A stretch of DNA of 41,072 nucleotides, taken from an uncultured Clostridia bacterium (GTDB lineage Bacteria > Bacillota > Clostridia > Oscillospirales > CAG-272). Position numbers and translations under genes: made by a program. Below are positions 8,960 through 18,855 of this stretch, piece after piece. The number at the start of each line of letters is the position of its first letter. The stretch's first letter is position 1. Where the stretch lies: the NCBI GenBank assembly GCA_947627815.1, contig CANQXN010000003.1, positions 1 through 41,072 on the forward strand, read 5' to 3'. The notes below the pieces were generated by a model. That model worked only from the letters and a program-made list of their open reading frames with translations. It did not search any database and was not told where the DNA came from.

Positions 8960-9477
8960 AGCAATCCCTCAATCGCAGAGATAAAGATCCCTTTGGCAGG
9001 ATCCACCTGTTTGATAAAAACGGGTACGGCGGGAATCAAGGCTTTTTTTCCGTCTGGCTTGGTGACTTCGTAAAGATCACTGGCGCCATAATTTACGACA
9101 TTTGTCACATGGCCGTAGCAAATACCGGACGCAGCGTCTATCACCGGCAATCCTATCAGATCGACCACAAAATGTGTGCCATCCGGTAAATGAAACGATG
9201 CCCTGTTGGCATATAAAGAGCGATTTTTCAGAGAAATCGCAGCTTCCAGCGTGTCATATCCCGCAAAGTGGAATAGGACCCTGCCCTTGAAAAGCACTGC
9301 CTTTTTAATGGTAAGCGGTAAGAAAGATTCTCCTTTCTTCAAATACAGCATCGGCAAGGAAGCCAAAATTTTGGGCGTATCGCAATAACTGTCCGCCACA
9401 ACATCGCCGGCGATCCCATGCGTATTGGCAATTTTCCCCGCTTCCAAAAACTGATTTTTTGGCGTTTCCTCACACAT
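8956..9477 (-). CDS. rimM: 16S rRNA processing protein RimM
   Basis: GKIANTHGIAGDV N-terminal motif and a PRC-barrel C-terminus. 4-nt overlap with trmD. Confidence 0.9.
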   Translation of the reverse strand: MCEETPKNQFLEAGKIANTHGIAGDVVADSYCDTPKILASLPMLYLKKGESFLPLTIKKAVLFKGRVLFHFAGYDTLEAAISLKNRSLYANRASFHLPDGTHFVVDLIGLPVIDAASGICYGHVTNVVNYGASDLYEVTKPDGKKALIPAVPVFIKQVDPAKGIFISAIEGLL

Positions 9478-9522
9478 GACGCCGACAAGCCTCCATCATT
9501 TTCAAATACAAAAATTCATTTT

Positions 9523-9551
9523 ATTTTACCATAATCATCTGCCTTTGTCAA
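9523..9551 (-). promoter_or_regulatory. Sigma-A promoter for rimM-trmD: TTGACA, 17-bp spacer, TAAAAT with TGG
   Basis: The reverse complement of 9523-9551 is TTGACAAAGGCAGATGATTATGGTAAAAT. Confidence 0.65.
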
Positions 9552-9592
9552 GTATTGGCAAAGGCAGGGTCTGTCGCAGGGCTTTCTCAAAA

Positions 9593-10102
9593 TCAAATTT
9601 TTTTCAGTATTTTTTCAATTTCACAAACATAGACGGTATGAAAATCATCGATGGGATAATTTTTCAAAAGAGCGGGATCAAGAAAGCCGCTTTTTTTGAG
9701 TTCTCCTACATACAATTGCCGCAAGATGCAAATGACATCCGCCTCTTTGACCGCCGACACGCCGTCTGTCTTAAAAACGGTAAGATTGGTTTTTGCCGCC
9801 TTATCGGTATCTCGGCCGGAATCTCTGCCACAAACACGCAGTGCAGCTCGCTGTTCCTCCGGCAAAACGCAGACGGAAAATCTGGCGTTTTCCTCCAACA
9901 GTTTATGCGTATGCCTTTGCGGGCGGACAAAGAGATAACAAACTTGCTTGTTCCACAATATACCGAATCCGCCCCAACTGGCCGTCATCATATTCATCCG
10001 TTGATTTTCTTCATCCCATGTGCAAATCAATAGCCATTCATCGTCTATCATGTGAAACAAGTTTCTATCAAACGCCTTGGGTTCAATTCCCGAAAAATCC
10101 AT
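9593..10102 (-). CDS. Flavin reductase-like (FMN-binding split-barrel) protein
   Basis: MMTASWGGFG...FVRPQRHTH pattern. ATG 10102 has a GGGAGG RBS 6 nt upstream. The TTG at 10135 was rejected. Confidence 0.8.
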   Translation of the reverse strand: MDFSGIEPKAFDRNLFHMIDDEWLLICTWDEENQRMNMMTASWGGFGILWNKQVCYLFVRPQRHTHKLLEENARFSVCVLPEEQRAALRVCGRDSGRDTDKAAKTNLTVFKTDGVSAVKEADVICILRQLYVGELKKSGFLDPALLKNYPIDDFHTVYVCEIEKILKKI

Positions 10103-10201
10103 AACACGCCTCCCGATTTTCTTTCGCTTTGGCAATAGGGAAAACAGAAAATTTTCCCTTTTCCGTCACGCGAAATTAACAATCATAATGTATTCTTTTT
10201 T

Positions 10202-10230
10202 ATTATATTCCCTTTTCATTCGATTGTCAA
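10202..10230 (-). promoter_or_regulatory. Consensus sigma-A promoter: TTGACA, 17-bp spacer, TATAAT, for the flavin reductase gene
   Basis: The reverse complement of 10202-10230 is TTGACAATCGAATGAAAAGGGAATATAAT. Confidence 0.7.
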
Positions 10231-10291
10231 CCGCCTTTTTCCATGGCCGGCACGGCAGCGGAATTTTTTTCAGATTTTCCCATGGAAATCC

Positions 10292-10320
10292 TTTACAACG
10301 CCGCCTGTCTGTGGTATAAT
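10292..10320 (+). promoter_or_regulatory. Sigma-A promoter for gdpP-rplI-dnaB: TTTACA, 17-bp spacer, TATAAT with TGG
   Basis: Read directly at 10292-10320. It implies a TSS near 10327, which excludes ATG 10325 as a start codon. Confidence 0.65.
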
Positions 10321-10456
10321 CAGCATGGTATGTTATAGATTCATATCCATGAAAAGCTATCGCGATCCCCGTTTTTGTATCACTTGCTTAAACCGCCTTC
10401 CTTCTTGGTCATTTATTTTTCAGAAAGGATCGCTTTACGGGAAAGCCAATCGATGT

Positions 10457-12439
10457 ATGAAAGACAAACAGAAGAATATCGCTCCCCCGCCGCTTCTGCA
10501 TTTATTGCTCTGTATCGGGTTTGCCATCATTATGTTGCTCTTGATGCAGATTTCTTTTACGCTGGAAATTGACCGCAACACGGCCTTTTTTGCTATTCTC
10601 GGCGTATATCTGCTTTTCTCTGTCATTATGATCGCTCTGTCGCGCCGCAGAAACAAACATCGTTTTGAGTGCCGGACGGAAAGCATTTCCTCCGACAGCC
10701 CTATGACGATTTACGACAATATCACCATGCCGGTCGCCGTATGCAACGACAACGGTTCCATTATTTGGGCCAATCGGATCTTTCAGAAAATCACAGATCT
10801 TTCTTCTTCAAAAGTAAAAACAGTGCGCGCTATCATGGGGTTTGGTCTGGAAAAGAAATCCGAAAAACCGGAAGACGATCTGACATGGGAACATAATGAC
10901 AGTATATATCGCGTTTTTTTTCTTCCGGCCAGTAACAATCAAACCGTCATTTTCTGTGAAGATATTTCCGAGGCGGAAAAGATCAAACGCGTCCTTGAAA
11001 AAGAAGAAACCTATCTTGCTTATATTGTCATTGACAACTTGGATGAACTTCTTCAGATTGAGCAGGAAAATACCACTTCTCTTGCCTCAACCATCGCTCA
11101 CACTTTGATGGAATGGGGCGCCGGATTCAATGGCGTCATCAAAGAATATGAACGCAACAAATTCATTTTTATCATGAACCATGCCGCGTATGAAAACATT
11201 TACGCCGATAAATTCAGTATTCTCGACAAAATCCGCTGGATCCCTGTAGGCAAGAGTGACATTCCCGCCACCATTTCTATCGGTCTTTCCACCATTTCAG
11301 GAACGCTTGCCGAAAAAGACGCCGACGCCAAAGCCGCGCTGGAACTGGCGTTAGCGCGCGGCGGTGACCAAGCGGTCATTAAATCCGCCGATGGCGTGGA
11401 ATTTGTGGGCGGGATGACAAAATCATCGCAAAAGCGCTCTACCGTCAAATCCCGTAACATCGCCGATAAATTGACTCATTTGATTTATGAAAGCTCAAAT
11501 GTGATTATCATGGGGCATCGGTTTGCCGACTTTGACGCTTTGGGCGCCTGCCTTGGTATTGCCCGCATGAGTATGCAGTGCGGCAAACCCTGCTATATTA
11601 TCGCCGACCGCGCCAATCCCGATTTGAACAAGTGCTATGATCACCTGCGCGCCCTGCATTCTTATGATAATGTTTTTATCAACGCCTCGGAAGCGGCGGA
11701 ACTGAATTATTCCGATTCTCTTCTCGTGGTAGTAGATGTCAACAATCCGCAGCAGTTGGAAGACCGCGAAATTGCCCGTTTGGTTCGCAAGGTCGTCTAT
11801 ATCGACCATCATCGTATGACAGGCGAATTTGAGCGGCCGCCGGTTCTTCATTATGTCGAACCTTCCGCCTCATCCACCTGCGAAATGATCTCTGAAATTC
11901 TCGAACAAACCACCGCAGGTTCCCGTCTTTCCAAACAGGAAGCCAATATCATGTATGCCGGTATTATGCTGGATACCAAACGATTTGTCATCAATACTGG
12001 TGTAAGAACTTTCTCCGCCGCGCAATATCTGCGCGGACAGGGCGCCAATCCTGCGGAGGCACAGGAGTTTTTCAAAACCGGCGTAGAAGATCTCATTCGT
12101 CAGGCTCGATTTGAAACCAATGTGGAGATCTATCGGAAATACTATGCAATCTCCGTAAATACCGATACCAACGGCTCTCAAGCAGACCGCACGGCAGCCG
12201 CCAAAGTCGCGGATGATCTTTTGACGGTAGACGGCGTCCTTGCCTCGTTTGCTCTCTGCCGCATTGGTGACACGGTCCGAATCTCCGCCCGATCCACGGG
12301 AAAAATCAATGTACAGCGTATTCTTGAAGCTTTGGGCGGCGGCGGACATTATGACTCTGCGGCAACGCAAATGAGCTGTTCGCTGGACGAAGCGGTAGAT
12401 GCCCTGAAGGGCGCGATCGACGGCTATTTCGATAACTAA
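10457..12439 (+). CDS. gdpP: Cyclic-di-AMP phosphodiesterase GdpP (2 TM, PAS, degenerate GGDEF, DHH/DHHA1)
   Basis: Two N-terminal TM helices. DHH motifs ([22 protein letters not shown]) and DHHA1 GGGGH. Conserved gdpP-rplI-dnaB synteny of Firmicutes. 660 aa from ATG 10457. Confidence 0.88.
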   Translation: MKDKQKNIAPPPLLHLLLCIGFAIIMLLLMQISFTLEIDRNTAFFAILGVYLLFSVIMIALSRRRNKHRFECRTESISSDSPMTIYDNITMPVAVCNDNGSIIWANRIFQKITDLSSSKVKTVRAIMGFGLEKKSEKPEDDLTWEHNDSIYRVFFLPASNNQTVIFCEDISEAEKIKRVLEKEETYLAYIVIDNLDELLQIEQENTTSLASTIAHTLMEWGAGFNGVIKEYERNKFIFIMNHAAYENIYADKFSILDKIRWIPVGKSDIPATISIGLSTISGTLAEKDADAKAALELALARGGDQAVIKSADGVEFVGGMTKSSQKRSTVKSRNIADKLTHLIYESSNVIIMGHRFADFDALGACLGIARMSMQCGKPCYIIADRANPDLNKCYDHLRALHSYDNVFINASEAAELNYSDSLLVVVDVNNPQQLEDREIARLVRKVVYIDHHRMTGEFERPPVLHYVEPSASSTCEMISEILEQTTAGSRLSKQEANIMYAGIMLDTKRFVINTGVRTFSAAQYLRGQGANPAEAQEFFKTGVEDLIRQARFETNVEIYRKYYAISVNTDTNGSQADRTAAAKVADDLLTVDGVLASFALCRIGDTVRISARSTGKINVQRILEALGGGGHYDSAATQMSCSLDEAVDALKGAIDGYFDN

Positions 12440-12480
12440 AATCCCGTGATGGAACAAGAACGAAAGCGAGGATGAAAAAC

Positions 12481-12930
12481 ATGAAAGTAATTTTGCTGCA
12501 AGATGTGAAATCCCAAGGAAAAAAAGGCGACTTAATCAATGTTTCCGATGGATACGCAAGAAACTTTCTTTTTCCGCAAAAATTGGCAATTGAAGCAAAT
12601 GCGCAAGCGCTGAACGAAATGAAAAACAGAGAAGCCGCCAAACAGCACAAAATAGAAACGGAGACAGCGGCGGCACAAATGTTAGCGGAAAAATTGGAAA
12701 CCGTTGTCGTCACACTGGAACTCACATCCGGCGCCGACGGAAAACCTTACGGCTCGGTGACTTCCAAGGAAATCGCAGAATATCTTGAGAAAAACAAAGG
12801 GATCACTTTGGACAAAAGAAAGATCGATTTGGAGAAACCCATCCGGACATTCGGTTCTTATTCACTGGATGTTCGGCTTTATTCCGGCGTTACCGGCACG
12901 ATTCATGTGATCGTTACCGAGAAAAAATAA
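12481..12930 (+). CDS. rplI: 50S ribosomal protein L9
   Basis: [36 protein letters not shown] lies 9 nt upstream of ATG 12481. Confidence 0.95.
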   Translation: MKVILLQDVKSQGKKGDLINVSDGYARNFLFPQKLAIEANAQALNEMKNREAAKQHKIETETAAAQMLAEKLETVVVTLELTSGADGKPYGSVTSKEIAEYLEKNKGITLDKRKIDLEKPIRTFGSYSLDVRLYSGVTGTIHVIVTEKK

Positions 12931-12964
12931 CCATTCTCCAAACCAGCAAAAGGAGTTTCAAACG

Positions 12965-14314
12965 ATGCCCGCCTCTGAAAATCTTGTTCGCAAGCTTCCC
13001 TTCTCTCTCGAAGCAGAACAATCGGTATTAGGATCTGTTCTGATCGATCCGGAAAAACTCACGCAAGTCCTTACCGTGATCTCCAGTGATGATTTTTATC
13101 TGGAAGAGCACCGGGAAATTTTCGCCGCTATGCAGCGTCTTTTTATGGGCAGCCAAGACATCGATCCCGTCCTTCTTTCGGAAGAACTGGTTCGTGCCGG
13201 TGTATATAATGTAGAAAAATCCAGCACCTATATCCGCTCATTAGCCGAACTTACCTCCTCCGCCGCCAATATTCTGGACTATGCCAACATCATCAAAGAA
13301 AAAAGCCTGCTTCGTGCCTTAATCCATGTGTGCGATAATATTACAGAGGATGCCTATGCCGCCCAAAACGACGCGTCAGCCATTATTGATAGCGCCGGCG
13401 GTCAGATTTATGCTCTGTCGCAGCAGCATTCTCAGTCGGATTTTTCCCACATTCGGGATATCTTGATTGAAACATACGCTCGCCTGAAAGCGCTGGCGGA
13501 AAAAGACGAAAGTATTCAGGGGATCGATACCGGTTTTTCCGGTTTGGACAGTGTTCTTGTCGGCATGGGGAAAGGCGATCTGGTTTTGGTCGGCGCTCGT
13601 CCCGGTATGGGAAAAACTTCCTTTGCTTTGAATATCGCCGCTAATGTAGCAAAAAAAACCGGGCGACAAGTATGTATTTTCTCTTTGGAAATGTCCAATC
13701 AACAATTGGTTGAGCGTATGCTGTCCAGCGAAGCCATGGTAGAATCAGAGAAGTTGCGAAGCGGTACGATATCCGCCGAAGAATGGACCCGCTTAGCGCG
13801 CGCATCGGAATTTCTTGCCTCCTGCGATATTTATATTGACGATTCCGCCGGCATTACCGTGACAGGCATGAAAGCCAAACTCCGCAAAATGAAAAATCTC
13901 GGTCTTGTCGTCGTCGACTATCTTCAACTCATGCAAAGCGATAAAAAAATTGAAAACCGTGTGTTGGAAGTCGGGGATATTTCAAGAAATCTCAAATTGA
14001 TGGCCAAAGATTTAGGCGTCCCGGTGATCTGCTGTGCTCAGCTATCCCGAGGCCCCGAGGGGCGCACCAGCAAAAAACCGATGCTTTCCGATTTGCGCGA
14101 CTCCGGCGCTATTGAACAGGACGCCGATGTGGTTCTCTTTATTTACCGCGAAAAATACTATAGTGACGGGACCGAAAAGAATCCGGCGGATGAAAATGTT
14201 GCCGAAATCATTGTGGCCAAAAACAGGCACGGAAGTACCAATAACGGAATTGAACTTGGCTGGTTCGGCCAATATACCAAATTCTCAACATTGGAGCAAA
14301 GAGAGGCTCCATGA
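12965..14314 (+). CDS. dnaB: Replicative DNA helicase
   Basis: DnaB N-terminal domain (LPFSLEAEQSVLGSVLID) and Walker A GARPGMGKTSF. AAAGGAG RBS. Confidence 0.95.
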   Translation: MPASENLVRKLPFSLEAEQSVLGSVLIDPEKLTQVLTVISSDDFYLEEHREIFAAMQRLFMGSQDIDPVLLSEELVRAGVYNVEKSSTYIRSLAELTSSAANILDYANIIKEKSLLRALIHVCDNITEDAYAAQNDASAIIDSAGGQIYALSQQHSQSDFSHIRDILIETYARLKALAEKDESIQGIDTGFSGLDSVLVGMGKGDLVLVGARPGMGKTSFALNIAANVAKKTGRQVCIFSLEMSNQQLVERMLSSEAMVESEKLRSGTISAEEWTRLARASEFLASCDIYIDDSAGITVTGMKAKLRKMKNLGLVVVDYLQLMQSDKKIENRVLEVGDISRNLKLMAKDLGVPVICCAQLSRGPEGRTSKKPMLSDLRDSGAIEQDADVVLFIYREKYYSDGTEKNPADENVAEIIVAKNRHGSTNNGIELGWFGQYTKFSTLEQREAP

Positions 14315-15780
14315 ACGACAAGACAATCAATCGAATTTCGCGAAAAGCAGAAGAGCCTTGCCGTGCAAAGTTCTTGGTCACTTGCGAAAAATACGATTTT
14401 CTTAATACCGATTCTATTCTCGTCGGTTTTTCCGGCGGCCCCGATTCCATGGCGCTTTTGTCTCTTCTGGAACCCGTTGCCAAAGAAAAAAAGATCCGCT
14501 TGGGCGCAATCCATATCGATCACGGCATCCGAGGCAATGAAGCGTCACGCGATCTCGCTTTCTGTGAAAATTACTGCGCCCAATATACCATTCCCTTTTA
14601 CTCCTATGTTCTTGATATTCCCGCCATTGCCAAACAAACCGGCCGCGGGTTAGAAGAAACCGCGCGCGCCGAACGCTACCGTCTGTTTGCCACCTGCGCG
14701 CGGAAGGAACATTTTTCAACCATTGCCCTCGCTCATACAGCCACCGATAATTTGGAAACAATTCTTTTTCACCTGTCGCGCGGTGCCGCTCTGCAAGGGA
14801 TTGCCGGTATTCCTCCCTATCGGGACAATATCATTCGTCCTCTCATCGAACACACCCGGGAGGAGCTGCTGGAGTATCTGGAAAAACATCATTTGCCCTA
14901 TGTGACAGACAGCAGCAACCAGGATCTCGCCTTTGCGAGAAACTATATCCGACATGAGATTCTCCCGCGGTTACGCCACCTGAATCCCTCGGTAGAGTCA
15001 GCGGCCGTCCGCTTCTCTTCCTTGATGCGCGAAGACGCCGCCTATTTACAATCACAAGCCAAGATCTATGCCGCCTGTGACGATGTGGCAACGCTGGCGA
15101 ATTTGCCGCAGCCGATTCTCTCGCGGGTGTTGCTCATAAAAATCAGACGAAAAGTAAACAATGATATAAGCCCTTTTTGCGCCTATGCGGAAGACCCGTC
15201 AGCCAACATCAGCGCAAATGTGATTAACGCCCTGTGCCGCGCGATTCGCCAAACGCGTACAGGAGAACCCGCACGGCGCTTTTCTCTCCCGGGGAAACGA
15301 TTTCTGCTTATTCAAAACGGAAAAGTGATACTTGCGGAAGATTCACCCGCTTCTCCTCTTGAAAAATCACCCCAACCGCCGAAAGCGACTCCCCTTATCA
15401 TGGGCGGTGAGACCTTTTTTTCAGAGGCGTGGTCGATCGGCGTATATGAAAATGAAACGCTTATCCCTCCGAAAGATTCCAGAATTTTCGCCCATGCGCT
15501 TTTAGCCAAAGAAAAGATACGCGGCGTCTTATACGCCAGAACCAGGCAGGCGCTGGATTGTTATCGCATACGCCGAATGACGAAAAAGATCCGCAAAATG
15601 CTTTGTGATAAAAAAATCCCGCCGGCTGTCAGAGATTCTCTCCCTGTGATATGCGATGACGAGGGTCCCCTGGCCGTCCCCGGATTTGCGCCGGCCGACC
15701 GTGTCAATCCGCTGTATCCGAGCACCGATATCGCATCGGATGCGCCGAAAATTATCCTTGTTTTTTTAAAAAAATCATAA
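14311..15780 (+). CDS. tilS: tRNA(Ile)-lysidine synthase
   Basis: PP-loop GFSGGPDSMAL. ATGA overlap with dnaB. tilS-hpt-ftsH synteny. Confidence 0.9.
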   Translation: MNDKTINRISRKAEEPCRAKFLVTCEKYDFLNTDSILVGFSGGPDSMALLSLLEPVAKEKKIRLGAIHIDHGIRGNEASRDLAFCENYCAQYTIPFYSYVLDIPAIAKQTGRGLEETARAERYRLFATCARKEHFSTIALAHTATDNLETILFHLSRGAALQGIAGIPPYRDNIIRPLIEHTREELLEYLEKHHLPYVTDSSNQDLAFARNYIRHEILPRLRHLNPSVESAAVRFSSLMREDAAYLQSQAKIYAACDDVATLANLPQPILSRVLLIKIRRKVNNDISPFCAYAEDPSANISANVINALCRAIRQTRTGEPARRFSLPGKRFLLIQNGKVILAEDSPASPLEKSPQPPKATPLIMGGETFFSEAWSIGVYENETLIPPKDSRIFAHALLAKEKIRGVLYARTRQALDCYRIRRMTKKIRKMLCDKKIPPAVRDSLPVICDDEGPLAVPGFAPADRVNPLYPSTDIASDAPKIILVFLKKS

Positions 15781-15808
15781 AATTCGAGAAAAAGGAAGGT
15801 GCTATGCC

Positions 15809-16393
15809 GTGCAAGGCAAAAATGAAAAAGAATATAAAATAACCGATGATATTGACAGAATTATGATCTCGTCGGATGAACTGCAATCCATTGTCAAAAC
15901 CGTCGCCGCAAAAATCGACAACGACTATCCGGATCCCTCCAAAAAGCTGTTGCTTTTGTGTATTCTGAAAGGCTCTGTTGTTTTCATGGGCGATTTGATG
16001 AAAGCCATCCGCCGCCCGGTAGAAATTGACTTTATGAAAGTTTCTTCCTATGGCGCCGGAACCGTTTCCAGCGGCACTGTCACCATTCTTTTGGATTTGC
16101 AGCGCCGGGATATGCAGGATTTGGACATTGTGATCATTGAGGACATCATTGATAGCGGAAAAACCATGTCCTATCTGACGAAATACCTGAAAAACAAAGG
16201 TGCCAAAAGCATTCGCGTCGCCACATTGCTGGATAAGCCTTGTCGGCGTGAAGTGGATTTTACCGCGGATTATGTCGGCAAAGAAATTGAGGATGCCTTT
16301 GTGGTTGGCTACGGTTTGGATTATGCTGAAAAATACCGCGCACTTCCCTTTATCGGCATACTGAAGCCAGAAGTATACGCGCAACAATCATAA
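15809..16393 (+). CDS. hpt: Hypoxanthine phosphoribosyltransferase
   Basis: PRPP-binding motif VIIEDIIDSGKT. GTG start with a GGAAGGTG RBS about 8 nt upstream. Confidence 0.9.
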   Translation: MQGKNEKEYKITDDIDRIMISSDELQSIVKTVAAKIDNDYPDPSKKLLLLCILKGSVVFMGDLMKAIRRPVEIDFMKVSSYGAGTVSSGTVTILLDLQRRDMQDLDIVIIEDIIDSGKTMSYLTKYLKNKGAKSIRVATLLDKPCRREVDFTADYVGKEIEDAFVVGYGLDYAEKYRALPFIGILKPEVYAQQS

Positions 16394-16482
16394 CACCACG
16401 CCTTGCCCGAAAGGCTACCCATTTCTCTTACATCTTCGGGAAGAAAGGATTCTCATCCGAGAGATGAGCCATAAAAGCATTT

Positions 16483-18558
16483 ATGAAGAAAAACGCACGA
16501 CAAATTATCTACTACCTTCTCCTGATCGCGGTGGTCATCGCTATTGTGGCGGCTATTATTTCCAGCATGAACCGCGGGACGAAAAAGCTTTCCAGCGAAA
16601 TTGACCAGTTTTTTGTTAATATCGGCAAAGAAGGTTCCACGGTAACAGGCTCCGATGTCGAGGCCGTCAAGGAATTTAAGTTAGACGCCGACAACTTGCT
16701 GACCATATGGACGAACAATTCCGCCACGCCATATACCAAGCGCATTACGGACAGAGAATATTTTCTCGAAAATTATGTACAGAAATATGTTGTCCCCTAT
16801 AACAATCAGGTCGGCGAGGAAAACGGAATCAAATACGAATTTGAGGAACCAACCACCATCCCGTGGTGGGTCAGCTTCCTGCCTTTCGTCATTATCATTG
16901 TTGTCTTCATCGCCCTGTATGTTTATGTCATCAATCACGCCGGCGCCGCCGGCGGACGGATGGGGTCCTTTGGCAAATCCAAAGCCAAAATGACCATGCA
17001 CGATAATAAGAAACGGGTTCTTTTCTCCGATGTGGCAGGCGCCGATGAAGAAAAAGAAGAACTCCAGGAAATCGTGCAATTTTTGAAAGACCCCGGATAT
17101 TATACCAAATTGGGCGCTCGGATCCCCCACGGTGTCCTATTGGTGGGACCTCCCGGTACCGGTAAAACACTGCTGGCCAAGGCCGTGGCGGGCGAAGCCG
17201 GCGTACCGTTCTTCTCCATTTCCGGCTCCGACTTTGTAGAAATGTATGTCGGTGTCGGCGCCTCTCGTGTGCGTGATCTTTTTGAAACAGCACGAAAAGC
17301 GCCCGCCAGCATCATCTTTATTGACGAGATCGATGCCGTCGGTCGGCACCGTGGCGCCGGTCTCGGCGGCGGACATGATGAACGGGAACAGACATTGAAC
17401 CAACTGCTGGTAGAAATGGACGGCTTTGCCGGCAATGAGGGGATCATTGTTATGGCTGCCACGAACCGCCCTGACATCCTCGACCCCGCCTTACTGCGTC
17501 CCGGTCGTTTTGACCGTCAAATTACCGTCAATCCGCCTGATTTGAAAGGCCGCGAAGAAATCCTGAAAGTTCATGCCAAAGGCAAGCCTTTCGAAAAAGA
17601 TGTGGATCTCGCCGCCGTGGCTAAAACCACCATTGGCTTTACCGGTGCGGATCTTGCCAATCTGCTGAATGAGGCGGCGCTGCTCGCCGCTCGCCGCGAA
17701 AAAGCCTTGATTGGCATGGAGGACATTGAGGATTCCATCATGAAGATCCTTGTCGGCGCGCAAAAGAAATCCAGGAAGATCAGCGAACAAGAGCGGCGCA
17801 ATACCGCTTATCATGAGGCGGGACACGCCATTGTCGCACACATTTTGCCCCTTGTGGATCCGGTGCGTCAGATCTCCATTATCCCTCACGGCAACGCTTT
17901 GGGCTATACCCTCACCCCGCCGGAAGAAGACCGCGTCAGCGAAACAAAAGAAGAACTTTTGCAAGAAATCTGTATGACGCTGGGCGGCCGTGCGGCGGAG
18001 CGGTTGATTTTCGGCGATTATACCGGCGGCGCCTCCGGCGATATCAAGCACGCAACGGCCACGGCGCATCGCATGGTCACGCGTTTGGGCATGAGTGAAG
18101 TCTTGGGACCGATCCTCTTTGATAACGATCAAAACGAAGTATTTCTTGGCAGAGACTTCTCTTCTACCCCTCATTACTCCGGTAAAACCGCCGCGCTCAT
18201 TGATGAAGAAATCCACAAAATTATCACCGAGGCATATGATCGGGCGGAGCAAATCCTCAAAGACAATATGGCCAAACTGCATTTTATTGCCCAATATCTG
18301 GTCGACCATGAAACCATGGATGCCGAACAGTTTGCTCGCGTTATGGAACAAGAACAAACCACGACAGAAGAACTGGAACAAATGGTCATGGATAAAAAGG
18401 CGCGCAGTCAGAAAGAAAATGAAGAAAAGCGTTCGATGGATGAAGAAAAGGCCAAGCGCGAAGCGGAACGCCGCGCCTCCATGGACGATCTTTTCAATCC
18501 GAACGGAAAACCCAACGAATCTTCCCATACCGAAAATAACGGAAGTAACGGAAATTAA
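16483..18558 (+). CDS. ftsH: ATP-dependent zinc metalloprotease FtsH
   Basis: N-terminal TM helices, AAA+ Walker [12 protein letters not shown], and zinc motif HEAGHA. Charged C-terminal tail. Confidence 0.95.
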   Translation: MKKNARQIIYYLLLIAVVIAIVAAIISSMNRGTKKLSSEIDQFFVNIGKEGSTVTGSDVEAVKEFKLDADNLLTIWTNNSATPYTKRITDREYFLENYVQKYVVPYNNQVGEENGIKYEFEEPTTIPWWVSFLPFVIIIVVFIALYVYVINHAGAAGGRMGSFGKSKAKMTMHDNKKRVLFSDVAGADEEKEELQEIVQFLKDPGYYTKLGARIPHGVLLVGPPGTGKTLLAKAVAGEAGVPFFSISGSDFVEMYVGVGASRVRDLFETARKAPASIIFIDEIDAVGRHRGAGLGGGHDEREQTLNQLLVEMDGFAGNEGIIVMAATNRPDILDPALLRPGRFDRQITVNPPDLKGREEILKVHAKGKPFEKDVDLAAVAKTTIGFTGADLANLLNEAALLAARREKALIGMEDIEDSIMKILVGAQKKSRKISEQERRNTAYHEAGHAIVAHILPLVDPVRQISIIPHGNALGYTLTPPEEDRVSETKEELLQEICMTLGGRAAERLIFGDYTGGASGDIKHATATAHRMVTRLGMSEVLGPILFDNDQNEVFLGRDFSSTPHYSGKTAALIDEEIHKIITEAYDRAEQILKDNMAKLHFIAQYLVDHETMDAEQFARVMEQEQTTTEELEQMVMDKKARSQKENEEKRSMDEEKAKREAERRASMDDLFNPNGKPNESSHTENNGSNGN

Positions 18559-18648
18559 GTCCGATATTCTTGCACAACGCCCGTTATAATTAGGCATTAT
18601 CTACAAAAAGGCTCCGATTATTACAAAACTTTTGTTCGTTTTTCACTA

Positions 18649-18677
18649 TTGCTATTTGCAAGAAAGTATGATAGAAT
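18649..18677 (+). promoter_or_regulatory. Sigma-A promoter for tRNA-Val: TTGCTA, 17-bp spacer, TAGAAT with TGA
   Basis: Read directly. It sits about 34 nt upstream of the tRNA 5' end. Confidence 0.55.
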
Positions 18678-18710
18678 ACTCGAAGAAAAGTATATAAAAT
18701 AATCGGACAT

Positions 18711-18787
18711 GGGGGCATAGCTCAGCTGGTTAGAGCGCATGCTTGACATGCATGAGGTCATAGGTTCGAGTCCTATTGTCCCCACCA
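18711..18787 (+). tRNA. tRNA-Val (anticodon GAC), CCA encoded
   Basis: I folded the cloverleaf by hand. Acceptor GGGGGCA/TGTCCCC (one G-U pair), D arm GCTC/GAGC, anticodon stem CATGC/GCATG with loop TTGACAT, T arm ATAGG-TTCGAGT-CCTAT, then ACCA. Confidence 0.9.
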
Positions 18788-18797
18788 TTTTAAAAAG

Positions 18798-18835
18798 AAC
18801 CAGATTGATACAATGTATCAATCTGGTTTTTTCGT
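18798..18835 (+). terminator. Intrinsic terminator after tRNA-Val
   Basis: Near-perfect palindrome ACCAGATTGATACA / TGTATCAATCTGGT followed by TTTTTT. Confidence 0.8.
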
Positions 18836-18855
18836 TCCCATCTTTGTATAAACAC

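Noticed and set aside
10138-10165. GGGAAAA-N7-TTTTCCC hairpin followed by TTTTCC, which looks like a plus-strand intrinsic terminator.
   Set aside because: No plus-strand gene lies upstream of it. It sits inside the predicted 5' UTR of the minus-strand flavin reductase mRNA, where it lacks a U-tract. It is probably just a UTR stem-loop.
10325-14314. Possible proximity to oriC, because gdpP-rplI-dnaB is origin-proximal in many Firmicutes.
   Set aside because: I found no cluster of DnaA boxes (TTATCCACA-like), no AT-rich unwinding element, and no dnaA/dnaN in the window. Synteny alone is not evidence.
17491-18597. 368-aa ORF antisense to ftsH. Similar long antisense ORFs occur at 15752-16387 (opposite hpt), 11870-12457 (opposite gdpP) and 12306-12725 (opposite the gdpP end and rplI).
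   Set aside because: These are shadow ORFs opposite strongly recognisable conserved genes. Their translations are low-complexity or Arg/Phe-rich with no recognisable motifs or RBS. Such ORFs are typical of mid/high-G+C coding regions.
18739-18855. ORF-track start of the MscS-like gene inside tRNA-Val.
   Set aside because: It overlaps the tRNA body and its strong terminator hairpin, so it cannot be coding. It is only an upstream open frame.
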